Source: an uncultured Gemmatimonadales bacterium
GTDB lineage: Bacteria > Gemmatimonadota > Gemmatimonadetes > Longimicrobiales > RSA9
NCBI GenBank assembly: GCA_963816355.1
Contig: CAWFKH010000001.1
Location: forward strand, 192,001-256,000
Length of the DNA: 64,000 nucleotides
Direction of reading: 5' to 3'
The notes below the pieces were generated by a model. The model saw only the letters and a program-made list of their open reading frames with translations. It searched no databases and was not told the DNA's origin. The translations under genes were made by a program, and so were the position numbers. Positions 9,935-19,407 of this stretch are shown here, piece after piece (the stretch's first letter is position 1; the number at the start of each line of letters is the position of its first letter).

Positions 9935-10678
9935 GCACGCTCCTGCGCGCGATCTCCGCCGAGGCGCTGAAGCTGCGGCGCACGCTCACCCTGTGGACGA
10001 CCGTCGCCGCGCCGCTCCTCGTCGTGCTCTTCCAGTTCTTCAACTTCCTCGAGCGCGGGGCGGCCGTCGCGCGCCCCGGCGCCGACCTCTGGAGCGCCTA
10101 CGCGCGCGGCGCGCTCACCCTCTGGAGCCTCTTCATGCTGCCGCTCCTCGTCGCGCTGCAGGCCGCGCTGCTCGCGGCCGTCGAGCACGGTTCCGGCGGC
10201 TGGCGCCGCCTCTTCGCGCTGCCCGCGCCGCGCTGGAGCATCCTGCTTCGCGAAGCACGTCGTCGCGCTGCTCTCCCTCGCGACCGCCTCCCTCCTGCTC
10301 GTCGCCGGGATCCTGCTCTCCGGCCTCGCGCTGAGGCGGCTCCAGCCGACGCTCGGCTTCGGCGCGGCGCCGGCGCTCCTGCCGCTCCTCGGCCGCGCCG
10401 GCGTCGCCCTCCTCGCCGCCTGGCTGATCCTCGCCATCGAGACGTGGATCGCGCTGCGCTGGGCCAGCGTGACGCTGCCGCTCGGCGTCGGCATTGCGGG
10501 CACCTTCGTCGCGCTCTTCGCCGCCGGCAGCACGAAGCTGCGCTTCTTCCCCTGGGCCCTGCCACTGTATGCGACGACGACGCAGCACGGTGGGACCGCG
10601 CTCCGCATCGGTGTCGCCGGCGGCATCCTCATCGCCACCCTGGGGACGTGGGAGCTGAGCCGGCGCGACGTGCTCTGA
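9931..10678 (+). pseudogene. ABC-2 type permease (LanE/G-like), apparent single-base frameshift near 10247
   Basis: SAEALKLRR...VEHGSGGWRRLFALP..WSIL continues as FAKHVVALL...ELSRRDVL* if one C is removed from atcctgCttcgcg; ATGA overlap with the ATPase. Confidence 0.8.
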
Positions 10679-10685
10679 GTCCGCT

Positions 10686-11969
10686 TCAGGCGGTGGTGCG
10701 GCTCGGTGGCTCGACGCCCGCGGTGTCCCCGGTCAGGGAAGGCTCGCCGACGGCGGTGAAGAGGGCCTGCAGCTCCTCGGCACGGGCCTCCGCGTCGTGC
10801 TCGCCCAGCGCGATGAGGCGGCGCAGGTAGTCCGGCTGGAACATCAGCATCGACAGCAGGTCCGAGCTGCTCGTCTCGCGCGTGCCGAGTCCCCGCGTCA
10901 TGAAGCGGAAGGCGCGCGGAAGGCGCGGCTCGTAGTCGCCGGCGAGGCGGCCGAGGTCCATCGAGGGACGGATCACGAGGAGGCGGATCGGGTGCAGTCC
11001 CTCGCGCTCCTCAGGCGGCAGCTTCAGCAGCAGACGGTTCAGGCGCTGCAGCCGCAGCTCGTCCTGGTCGATCAGGTCGAGGAAGATCGCGTTCATCAGC
11101 AGACCGAGCACCTGCGCGGGCGGCGGATAGCCGGTCAGCTTCGGGCGGTCCGCCTCCGCCTGGCTCGAGCCGTAGCGCGTCGAGATCGCGATCAGCCGCC
11201 GCGCGCCCAGGTGCAGCGCCGGCGAGAGCGGCGCGGCCTGCCGGATGCCGCCGTCGCCGTACCAGTAGCCGTCGATGCGAACCGCGGGGAAGAACATCGG
11301 GAGCGCCGTCGACGCCATCACGTGGTCCACGCACAGCTCGGCGTGGACCGAGCGCCGCTTCGGCCGCGTCCAGTGCTCGATGTCGCGGCCCTGCACCCAC
11401 ACCACCGACTGCCCGGTCGAGTAGCTGGTCGTGCTGATCGCGACCGCCTTCAGCACGCCCCGCCGCAGGTTGGAGTCGATGCCGGTCAGACGGCCGTTGA
11501 CCGCGGCGTAGACCTCCTCCAGGAAGTCGTGCAGCGGCTGCGTGTCCAGGAAAGCGTGCACCGGCGGCGGCTTCACCAGCCCGCCCGTCATCAGCCGGAC
11601 CCCCCACCGCAGCGCGTTGCCGCCGATCGACAGCGGGTCGACGCGGAACACGTCGTCGACCACCAGCTCGCTCCACAGCCCGACCAACTCCTCCATCGCC
11701 TGCGGGAACGTGCCATGGTGCGCCGCCAGGTGCGCCGCGTTCACCGCGCCCGCCGACACGCCGGTCACGATCGGGATCCGCAGCTCCGGATAGTGCCGCG
11801 CGATCCACGACAGGACCCCGACCTGGTAGGCGCCCCGCGCGCCACCGCCCGTCAGCGCGATGCCGAGGTCGTCGGGGCCCGCGTGGATCCGGCCCGCAAA
11901 CGCCCCATCGAGCCGGCCCGCGGCCCGCCCGGCGTCGTCGCCGCCCTTCGCACCGTCAGCATCCGGCAT
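10686..11969 (-). CDS. Patatin-like phospholipase
   Basis: LTGGGARGAYQ, GVSAG nucleophile and DGG motif. Confidence 0.92.
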   Translation of the reverse strand: MPDADGAKGGDDAGRAAGRLDGAFAGRIHAGPDDLGIALTGGGARGAYQVGVLSWIARHYPELRIPIVTGVSAGAVNAAHLAAHHGTFPQAMEELVGLWSELVVDDVFRVDPLSIGGNALRWGVRLMTGGLVKPPPVHAFLDTQPLHDFLEEVYAAVNGRLTGIDSNLRRGVLKAVAISTTSYSTGQSVVWVQGRDIEHWTRPKRRSVHAELCVDHVMASTALPMFFPAVRIDGYWYGDGGIRQAAPLSPALHLGARRLIAISTRYGSSQAEADRPKLTGYPPPAQVLGLLMNAIFLDLIDQDELRLQRLNRLLLKLPPEEREGLHPIRLLVIRPSMDLGRLAGDYEPRLPRAFRFMTRGLGTRETSSSDLLSMLMFQPDYLRRLIALGEHDAEARAEELQALFTAVGEPSLTGDTAGVEPPSRTTA

Positions 11970-12008
11970 TATGGATTGAATGTACGCGCGCGGCGGTACT
12001 TCGCCAGA

Positions 12009-12314
12009 ATGCACCGCTCCGTGCTTCGACGACTTCCGCGGGCCGACGGCGCCGTGCCGCCGACCGTCCGCATCATCTCGCGCCACGGCGGCGTCGAGCT
12101 CGCCGACGCCCTGCGCGAGCGCGGCTTCGGCGTCACCGAGTTCGCCGGCCAGGGTCGCGAGGGCACCGTCGAGGTCGTCTACACCGTCGTCAAGCGACGC
12201 CACGTGCCCCACGTCCTCCGCGAGGCCCGCCGCTGGGACCCCGACGCATTCATCACCGTCGAGGAGCCGAAGGCGATCCTGCGCGGCAAGCTCTACGCGG
12301 GGCCGCGCAAGTAG
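12009..12314 (+). pseudogene. DUF2179-like C-terminal domain lacking the usual N-terminal membrane part
   Basis: VRIIS...ELADALRERGFGVT...G.GREG...VVKRR...DPDAFITVEE pattern; only about 40 bp to the divergent patatin start. Confidence 0.6.
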
Positions 12315-12383
12315 CCGCTGCGCACGTAGCCGTCGTCCCGTCGGGCCATTCCAACGCCCCGCCCGCGACGCGGTATTGCCGCC

Positions 12384-15300
12384 ATGCAGCGGCGACGGGC
12401 GATCATCGAAGCGGCGATCCGCAACTGCGACGGCCCCGCAGGCGCCGCGCGCCTGGCGCGCGCGCTCGGCTTCCCGGCCGCCTCGGCGCTCGACCTGCCG
12501 CTTCCCGACGACGCCCCCGTCGACTCCGCGGCGCTGCTCGCCGGGCGCGGCAGCCTGAGCCTGTTCCATCTCGGAATCGGCCCGATCCGCTACACCCACG
12601 CCGATCCCTCCGCGGCCAAGCGTTCGGCCGTCAGCCACGCCGCCCGCTGGCTCCGCGCGGCCGACCCGGCGCGCCTCCTCCTGCTCCTCCTCACGGACGC
12701 GGGCGCGCGTCGCGTCGTCGTCGCCACCTTCGACCTCGCCGGCGAGCTGCGGCGGCTCGACGTCGAGCGCGACGCGCCGAAGGCGGCCGACCTGGACGTC
12801 CTCGAAGAGATGGTCGCCGAGCCCGGCGAGGGCGGCGTCGCGCTGGCGCTGCGAATCGCGCGCGCGCTCGACCGTGGCCGCCTCGCCGACCGCTTCTTCC
12901 GCGAGTTCCGCGCACACCGCGACGCGGTCGCCACGGCGTGGCGCGGCATCGCACCCGGCCGCGCGGCGGAGCGCCGCCGCCTCGCGCTGCTCCTCCTCTG
13001 CCGCCTCATGTTCCTCTGCTTCCTGCAGGACCGGGGTCGGCTCGGCGACGACCGCCGCTTCCTGATCGAGCTGGCGCGCGCTTGGACCACGCGCGGCGCC
13101 GCCGCCGGCGGCCGGCCGCCTCCGCACGACGGGCGCCCAACCCCCCGCGGCGAACGCCCGTCCTTCTACCGCGCCGTTCTGCGCCCGCTCTTCTTCGGCG
13201 CGCTCAACGAGAAGCCGGAGCGGAGGAGCGCGGCCGCGCGCGCGCTGGGCGACGTGCCCTACCTGAACGGCGGCCTCTTCGACCGCACGCCGCTCGAGCG
13301 GCGCCACCCACGGCTCGACCTGCCGGACGACGTCGCGCTCCGCGTCTTCGACGGCCTCCTCGACCGCTACCGCTTCCACGCCCGCGAAGCCGCCGAGTCG
13401 CTGCGCGACGGCAGCGCCGACGTCGGCATCGATCCGGAGATGCTCGGCCAGGTCTTCGAGGGCCTCATGGATCCCGCCGACCGCGGGAGCACCGGCTCCT
13501 TCTACACGCCCGCGACCGCCGTCGCGTCGCTCGCGCGAGAGGCCGTCGCCACCTACCTCGCCCCCGCCGCCGAATCGCCCACCGCAATGCTCGACCGGCT
13601 CTGCGCCGACGCGGAAGCAACGGCGCGAGCCCGGCTCGCGCGCAGGCTCGCCGCCGCGCGCGTGCTCGACCCCGCCTGCGGATCCGGCGCCTTCCTCCTC
13701 GGCGCGCTGCTCGAGCTGTCCCGGATCGACGCCGCGCTCCGCGGCGGCGGGCTGGCGGAATCGCGGCGCAGGATCGTGTCGCGCGGCCTCTACGGAGTCG
13801 ATGTGCAGGCCGACGCCGCGCTCCTCTGCTCCCTCCGCCTCTGGCTCGCGCTCGCGTTCGCCGGCGCCGACCCGCCGCCGCTTCCGAACCTCGACCGCCG
13901 CATCCGGCAGGGCGACGCGCTCCTCGCGCCGCTCGACCTCGCCACCGGCGTCGCATCCGACGTGCGTCGCGCGATCGCGCGCCTCGCGCCGCTCAGCGAC
14001 GCCTACGCCGCCGCCGGTCCCCGCGACCGTCCCGCGCTGGCGCGTCGCCTCGCGCGCGCGGAGAGCCGCCTCGCCCGCGCGTGGATCGACGCCGCACGCA
14101 CCCACGCGGCGCGGACGAAACGCGAGCTGAGCGCGCGCGCGGCGGACCGCGACCTGTTCGGCGAGCCGCTTCCCGAGGCGAGGCGGGCGGCGCGCCAGCT
14201 CGCCGCGCTCGCCGACGAGCGCGCGACGCTGGATGCGTTCGCGGCCGCGCTCGAGGACACCGGCGCGGTTCCGTTCTTCAGCTTCGACATCCACTTCGCC
14301 GAGGCCGCCTCCGACGGCTTCGACCTCGTCCTCTCCAATCCGCCGTGGGTTCGCGCGCACGCCTGGCCGAAACCGCTGGCGCGCCGCCTGCGACGCCGCT
14401 ACGCCGCCTCCGCCGGCGGCTGGATCGCCGGCGCCCGACTCGGCGGCGCGGGACCGGGCGCGGCCGCCCAGTCCGACATCGCCGTCCTCTTCCTGCACCG
14501 CGCGCTGCGCCTCCTCGCGCCGGGCGGCGTGCTCGGCATGCTGCTCCCCGCCAAGATCCTGCGCTCGCTCTACGGCGCGGCCGCACGGCGCGCCCTCGCA
14601 TCCGCCACCGACGTCGTCTCGATCGTCGACCATTCGCTCGATCAGCGCGCGATCTTCCGCGCCGACGCCTTCACCACCGCCGTGGTCGCGCGGCGGCCCT
14701 CGCCCGAGGACGATGCGCTTCGCGACGGCGTCCGCCGCGGCGTCGTCCGCGTGACGCTGCTCCGGCCCGGGTCGCCGCGCCTGCGCTTCGACGTCCCTCA
14801 CCGCGAACTCCCCCTCATCCCCGGCGACCCGGACTCGCCCTGGCTGCTCGTGCCGCCGGCCGTGCGCGCGGCGCTCCGTCGCATGCAGGCGGCCGGACCG
14901 CCGCTCGGCGAAAGCCGGCGCGTGCGACGCGGCGTCGTCACCGGCGCCAACGACGTCCTCCTGTTCGACCGCGTCGAGCCGAAGCTCGGCGACCTGGTCC
15001 TCGCGCGGCCCAGCGGCGCTTCGAAGCGCGGCGATGCGTCCGGCACCACCCCCGACGCCGACGCCCGGGCCGGCGTCCCCATCGAGGCGAGCGACCTCGC
15101 GCCGGTCCTGCGCGGCAGCGGCATCCGGCCGTGGAGCTGGGAGGCGCCCGACCACGTGATCTGGTTGCGCGACGACCGGCTCCGCCACCGCGACGCGGGC
15201 CGCCGCACCACCGCCTACCTCGCCCGCCACGCGGGCCGGCTGCGCGCCCGCTCCGGCTCCGCCGCCGCGCCGCTCGGCGCCGTCGCCCGCGTCTCCGCGG

Positions 15301-15773
15301 GGCTCATCGGTCCGAAGGTCGCCTGGCACGACCTCGCCGCGAACCTCCACGCCGTCGCCCTGCCCGCGACCATCCGCACCGCCTGGGGCGCGGCGCGGCC
15401 GCTCGTCCCGCTCAACACCGCCTACTTCATCGCCGCCGACGACGACGACGAGGCGCTCCTCCTCGCCGCGCTGCTCAACGCGCTCCCGCTCCGCACGTTC
15501 GCGCGCGCCGTCGCGGAGCGCGCCAAGGACGCCCGCTTCCGCTTCTTCGGTTGGGTCGTGGGCGTGCTTCCGCTCGCCGCCTCCCTCTTCACGCCGCCGG
15601 CCGCCCCGCGCCTCGTCACGCTCTCCCGCACGGCGCACCGCGACGGCGCCCTGCGGCCGAGCGCCGCCGCCGAGCTCGACCGCCTCGTCGCGGACGCGTA
15701 CGGCCTGGGGTCCGCGGACGTGAAGGCGCTCCTGGATTTCGACGCATGGCTGCGCGGTGGGTCCGACCGCTGA
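12384..15773 (+). CDS. Large N6-adenine DNA methyltransferase (Eco57I/Type IIG-like architecture)
   Basis: YLNGGLF, PEMLGQVFE, GSFYTP, motif I VLDPACGSGAFL, motif IV FDLVLSNPPW; TRD-like C-terminus (GVVTGAN, PLNTAY). Confidence 0.9.
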   Translation: MQRRRAIIEAAIRNCDGPAGAARLARALGFPAASALDLPLPDDAPVDSAALLAGRGSLSLFHLGIGPIRYTHADPSAAKRSAVSHAARWLRAADPARLLLLLLTDAGARRVVVATFDLAGELRRLDVERDAPKAADLDVLEEMVAEPGEGGVALALRIARALDRGRLADRFFREFRAHRDAVATAWRGIAPGRAAERRRLALLLLCRLMFLCFLQDRGRLGDDRRFLIELARAWTTRGAAAGGRPPPHDGRPTPRGERPSFYRAVLRPLFFGALNEKPERRSAAARALGDVPYLNGGLFDRTPLERRHPRLDLPDDVALRVFDGLLDRYRFHAREAAESLRDGSADVGIDPEMLGQVFEGLMDPADRGSTGSFYTPATAVASLAREAVATYLAPAAESPTAMLDRLCADAEATARARLARRLAAARVLDPACGSGAFLLGALLELSRIDAALRGGGLAESRRRIVSRGLYGVDVQADAALLCSLRLWLALAFAGADPPPLPNLDRRIRQGDALLAPLDLATGVASDVRRAIARLAPLSDAYAAAGPRDRPALARRLARAESRLARAWIDAARTHAARTKRELSARAADRDLFGEPLPEARRAARQLAALADERATLDAFAAALEDTGAVPFFSFDIHFAEAASDGFDLVLSNPPWVRAHAWPKPLARRLRRRYAASAGGWIAGARLGGAGPGAAAQSDIAVLFLHRALRLLAPGGVLGMLLPAKILRSLYGAAARRALASATDVVSIVDHSLDQRAIFRADAFTTAVVARRPSPEDDALRDGVRRGVVRVTLLRPGSPRLRFDVPHRELPLIPGDPDSPWLLVPPAVRAALRRMQAAGPPLGESRRVRRGVVTGANDVLLFDRVEPKLGDLVLARPSGASKRGDASGTTPDADARAGVPIEASDLAPVLRGSGIRPWSWEAPDHVIWLRDDRLRHRDAGRRTTAYLARHAGRLRARSGSAAAPLGAVARVSAGLIGPKVAWHDLAANLHAVALPATIRTAWGAARPLVPLNTAYFIAADDDDEALLLAALLNALPLRTFARAVAERAKDARFRFFGWVVGVLPLAASLFTPPAAPRLVTLSRTAHRDGALRPSAAAELDRLVADAYGLGSADVKALLDFDAWLRGGSDR

Positions 15774-18555
15774 GCGAGGCGACGACGCGCGCGCAGAAGC
15801 GCCCCGCCGCCGCTGGATCGCGGCGCCCGCCCGGGACGTCGCTCTGCGCATCGCGGCCGCGGCCGTGCCGTCCCGCTTCGACGGCCTCGCAGGGCCGGCC
15901 CCGCCTCCCGCCCCCCTCGGCCTCGCCGAGTTCCAGAGCCACGCCGTCGCCGCCACGCGCGCCGCCCTCGCGCGCCGCCGCGGCGCGATCCTCGCCGACG
16001 GCGTCGGCCTCGGCAAGACGCGCGTCGCGCTGGCCCACATCGACGCGGCGCTCGACGGAGGCGGCGCGGTCGTCGTCGTCGCGCCCGCGGCGCTGCGACG
16101 CATGTGGAGCGGCGCCCTCGACACGCTCCCTCTGCAGCGAAGGCGCCGCGTCACGCTGCTGACGCACGCGCTGCTGAGCCGCCGCGCGGCGCCGCGGCCG
16201 GAGCGGCTCCGGCTCGTCGTCGTGGACGAGGCGCACGCCTTCCGCAACCCGGACACGCGCCGCTATCGCGCCCTCGCACGCCTCTGCGCCGGCCTGCCGA
16301 CGCTCCTCCTCACGGCCACGCCGGTCAACAACTCGCCGCTCGACCTGCACGCGCTGCTTCGCCTCTTCGCCGGCGACACGGCCTTCCGCGACCTGGGCGT
16401 CGCCGACCTCGGCGCCCTCTTCCTCGACGCCTCCGCGCGCACGGACCCCGCGCTCGAACCGCGCCTCCTGCCGGTGCTGCGGGAGGTCCTCGTGCGACGC
16501 AGCCGCGCCTTCGTCGACGCGCACTATCCGCGGCTCCGCCTCACCGGCGCCGACGGTTCGACGCTGCGCTTCCCGCGTCGCGCGCCGCCGGACCCCATCG
16601 CGCCCGCGCTGCCGCCGGCGCTCGTCGCGCGCGTCGCGTCGCTGCTCGATGCCTTCCGCGGACGCGCTTACGCGCCGCTCGAGCCGGACGCGACCGCGAG
16701 CGCCGGACGCGTCGCCCTCGTTCGCGTGCTCCTGCTCAAACGCCTCGACTCGAGCGTGGCCGCGTTCCTCGCGACGCTGCGCCGCCAGATCCGCGTGCAC
16801 CGCGCCGTCGTGAACGCCCTCCGCGACGGCTTCGTCCCGGTCGCGCCGCCCGCCGAGACCGACCCGCTTCAGATCGAACTCGACCGGCTCGTGCTGCGCC
16901 CCCTTCCCGCCGCGGCCGACGGCCGGCGCCTCGCCGCCGCGGTCGCCGCGGACCTCGAGCGGCTCGAGACGCTGCGCCGCGACGTCGCTCCGCTCCTCGG
17001 CCCGCGCGACCCGAAGCTCGCCGCGCTGCGCTCGCTGCTCGCGCGGATCGGCGCCGCGCGCGCCGCGATCTTCACCGAGTACCGGGACACCGCCCGCTAT
17101 CTGTGGCGCGCGCTGGGCGACGCCGCCCGCGCCCGCGCGGCGCTCGTCGATGGCTCCGGGGCGCGCATCGCGAGCGGAAGGTGCTCGCGCGCGGCGGTGA
17201 TCGAGCGCTTCGCGCCGCGCGCCAACGCCGCCCCCGAGCCGCCACCCGCCGAACGCGTCGACCTCCTCGTCGCCACCGACGTCCTCTCCGAGGGCCTGAA
17301 CCTGCAGGACGCCGGTCACGTGATCAGCTACGAGCTGCCGTGGAACCCGATCCGCATCGCGCAGCGCGTCGGCCGCATCGACCGCCTCGGCTCCCCTCAC
17401 GACGTCGTCCACGCCCACCATTTCCTGCCCGACCCCGCACTCGAGCGCCTGCTTCGCCTCGCCGACCGCGTGCACCGAAAGATCCGCGGCATCCGCGCCA
17501 CCGTCGGGGACGACGGCGCGCTCCAGGCGCCGCTGCGCGCCGGCGGGACGAGGGCCACGCCGCCCGCCCGCCACTTCCCCGCCGGCGTCGCGGCCCGCCT
17601 CCGCGCCGGCGACGAGCGGCTGCTCGCCGACCTCCAGCGCGCCGATGCGTCCGCCTTCGACGTCGCCGAGCGCCTGCGGCTGGCCGTGATCCGCGCGGGG
17701 AGCGACCCGCCGAGCGATCGGCCCGCACCGAGCGGGCCCGCCTCGGCGCGTGCGCCCGCGCACACCCGACCCGGTCCGGCTCGAGACGCTAGACATTCGC
17801 CGCGCCTCGCCGCCACGCACAGCGCGGCCGCCGCGCGGCCCGGCGTCATCGTCGCGTGCGCCACGGATGCCGGAGAGGCGTGCTACTTCGTCGACCAGGA
17901 CCTCGACTGCGCTCCACTCGACGCCGCCGCCTGCGCGGTCCTGCTCGAGACGATCGAAGCCGGAGGCGGCGCGGCGCAGGACGGACCCGACGACGACGGG
18001 CGCTGCGCCGGCGCGCGTGCCCCGATTGCCGCCGACGGCGCGCGCTGCGACGACGCAGGTGCCGCGACCGCCGCCGACGGCGCGCTCGTAGCCCGCGCGG
18101 ATGCCGCCGCTCGCGCGGTCGAACGGTTCCTGGAAAGCCCGTCGATCAGTGGCTGGAGGATGGCGGGCGCGGCGAACGCCGCCCGCCCGCGCGTCCCACG
18201 CGGCGGCATCGCCCTTCTGGTCGCCGCGCGCGTCGGCGCCGCGCTGAGCGCCGAGCCGTGGGGGCCGAGCACCGACCTCTGCCGGCGCGCGGACGCCCTG
18301 CTCGCACGCCTGCGCGAGCCCCTCGACGCCGGAACCGAGTGGCGTCTCCGCGACGCGCTCCGGGCCCGCTCCACGACCGCGTCGGGTGCTTCGCCCGAAA
18401 GCCGCGACGCCATCGCGCTGCTCGATGCTCTGGACGCGGCGCTCGCAGCCCATGCCGCGCCCCGCCACCTCGCTCCCAGCCCCCTCGCTCCGCGCCGCCC
18501 GCGCACCCGCCTCGTCGCCGCGCTCGCCGTTGACCTATCTACCGACCGCCGTTAG
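15757..18555 (+). CDS. SNF2-family (SF2) helicase/translocase
   Basis: ILADGVGLGKT, VVDEAH, LTATPVNN, ATDVLSEGLNLQ and PWNP.RIAQRVGRIDR; overlaps the MTase end; start uncertain. Confidence 0.9.
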   Translation: MGPTAERGDDARAEAPRRRWIAAPARDVALRIAAAAVPSRFDGLAGPAPPPAPLGLAEFQSHAVAATRAALARRRGAILADGVGLGKTRVALAHIDAALDGGGAVVVVAPAALRRMWSGALDTLPLQRRRRVTLLTHALLSRRAAPRPERLRLVVVDEAHAFRNPDTRRYRALARLCAGLPTLLLTATPVNNSPLDLHALLRLFAGDTAFRDLGVADLGALFLDASARTDPALEPRLLPVLREVLVRRSRAFVDAHYPRLRLTGADGSTLRFPRRAPPDPIAPALPPALVARVASLLDAFRGRAYAPLEPDATASAGRVALVRVLLLKRLDSSVAAFLATLRRQIRVHRAVVNALRDGFVPVAPPAETDPLQIELDRLVLRPLPAAADGRRLAAAVAADLERLETLRRDVAPLLGPRDPKLAALRSLLARIGAARAAIFTEYRDTARYLWRALGDAARARAALVDGSGARIASGRCSRAAVIERFAPRANAAPEPPPAERVDLLVATDVLSEGLNLQDAGHVISYELPWNPIRIAQRVGRIDRLGSPHDVVHAHHFLPDPALERLLRLADRVHRKIRGIRATVGDDGALQAPLRAGGTRATPPARHFPAGVAARLRAGDERLLADLQRADASAFDVAERLRLAVIRAGSDPPSDRPAPSGPASARAPAHTRPGPARDARHSPRLAATHSAAAARPGVIVACATDAGEACYFVDQDLDCAPLDAAACAVLLETIEAGGGAAQDGPDDDGRCAGARAPIAADGARCDDAGAATAADGALVARADAAARAVERFLESPSISGWRMAGAANAARPRVPRGGIALLVAARVGAALSAEPWGPSTDLCRRADALLARLREPLDAGTEWRLRDALRARSTTASGASPESRDAIALLDALDAALAAHAAPRHLAPSPLAPRRPRTRLVAALAVDLSTDRR

Positions 18556-18558
18556 CTT
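18530..18558 (+). promoter_or_regulatory. Sigma70-like promoter for tRNA-Asn
   Basis: TTGACC-N17-TAGCTT ending 14 bp before the tRNA. Confidence 0.65.
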
Positions 18559-18572
18559 TTCGCCCGTTCCAT

Positions 18573-18645
18573 TCCGGCGTAGCTCAGTTGGTAGAGCGGA
18601 CGGCTGTTAACCGTCATGTCGCAGGTTCGAGTCCTGCCGCCGGAG
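18573..18645 (+). tRNA. tRNA-Asn(GTT), CCA not encoded
   Basis: Acceptor stem TCCGGCG/CGCCGGA, D-arm AGCTCAGTTGGTAGAGC, anticodon arm ACGG-CTGTTAA-CCGT, T-loop GGTTCGAGTCC. Confidence 0.97.
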
Positions 18646-19407
18646 CTTTCGGCCTCGGTAGGTCGTTGTGCTGCAACGGCTCCCGGGGCCGTCTAGTACT
18701 GTTGCGGTTCTTCCGGCCGGTTCCGGGGGTGAGTCTTCCCACCTCCCCTGCCTTGTCGGGCCGTTGTCGGTCAACTCTTCCATATAGGTTCACTACGGCG
18801 GTGCGCTGCGCCGGCCACAGCTCCCGCTCGTAGGGGATCGGCGGCATATCCTCCAATCCGCGCCGGAGGTTGGCGGAGCCGATTACGTAGCCGGAGGCAG
18901 CGCGCGTTGTCACCGCCGCGCGCGCCGGCTCGGCGGTGACCCATTCCCGCAGGGTCGTGGGCCTGTGAATGGAGAAGATCCAGCAGGTTCGTGAACCGGG
19001 TCTCGACTCCGGTACTCTGGTACAGGAACGGGAGCGAACGACGGTGCGCCGGCAGCTCTGCCGGCAACCTTCGCTGCACCTGCCCGTCTGGATCTCAACA
19101 CCCGTCAGCGTCGCCCCCGCAGGCCCTTGAACGGGTGGATACCGAATCGGTAGGACTATGGCAAACACTAGGCGCACCGGCCGACATGCACAACGAGTCA
19201 GCACTAGGGCAGTCCCAGCCACGATCGTAGGGCCGCGGACGCACCTACCTCACGGAGGCAGGGCTGCCGCGACTTTCGGGCTACGCGAAATAGATTGCGC
19301 GTTGCCGGCAACCGGGCCAGACTGGTTCTCGTACACTGTCGCCTGGCCAACCCCCAATCCGGTGCCGCGCCCGCCAGACCACCTGCGCTCCGACAAGCGA
19401 GGAAGAA

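Noticed and set aside
10686..16256. 1856-aa minus-strand ORF
   Set aside because: Only the last 427 aa (patatin) are real; the rest is the antisense shadow of the MTase in high-GC DNA
12384..18555. Calling the locus DISARM or BREX
   Set aside because: No drmA/B/C, pglZ or brxC genes are present
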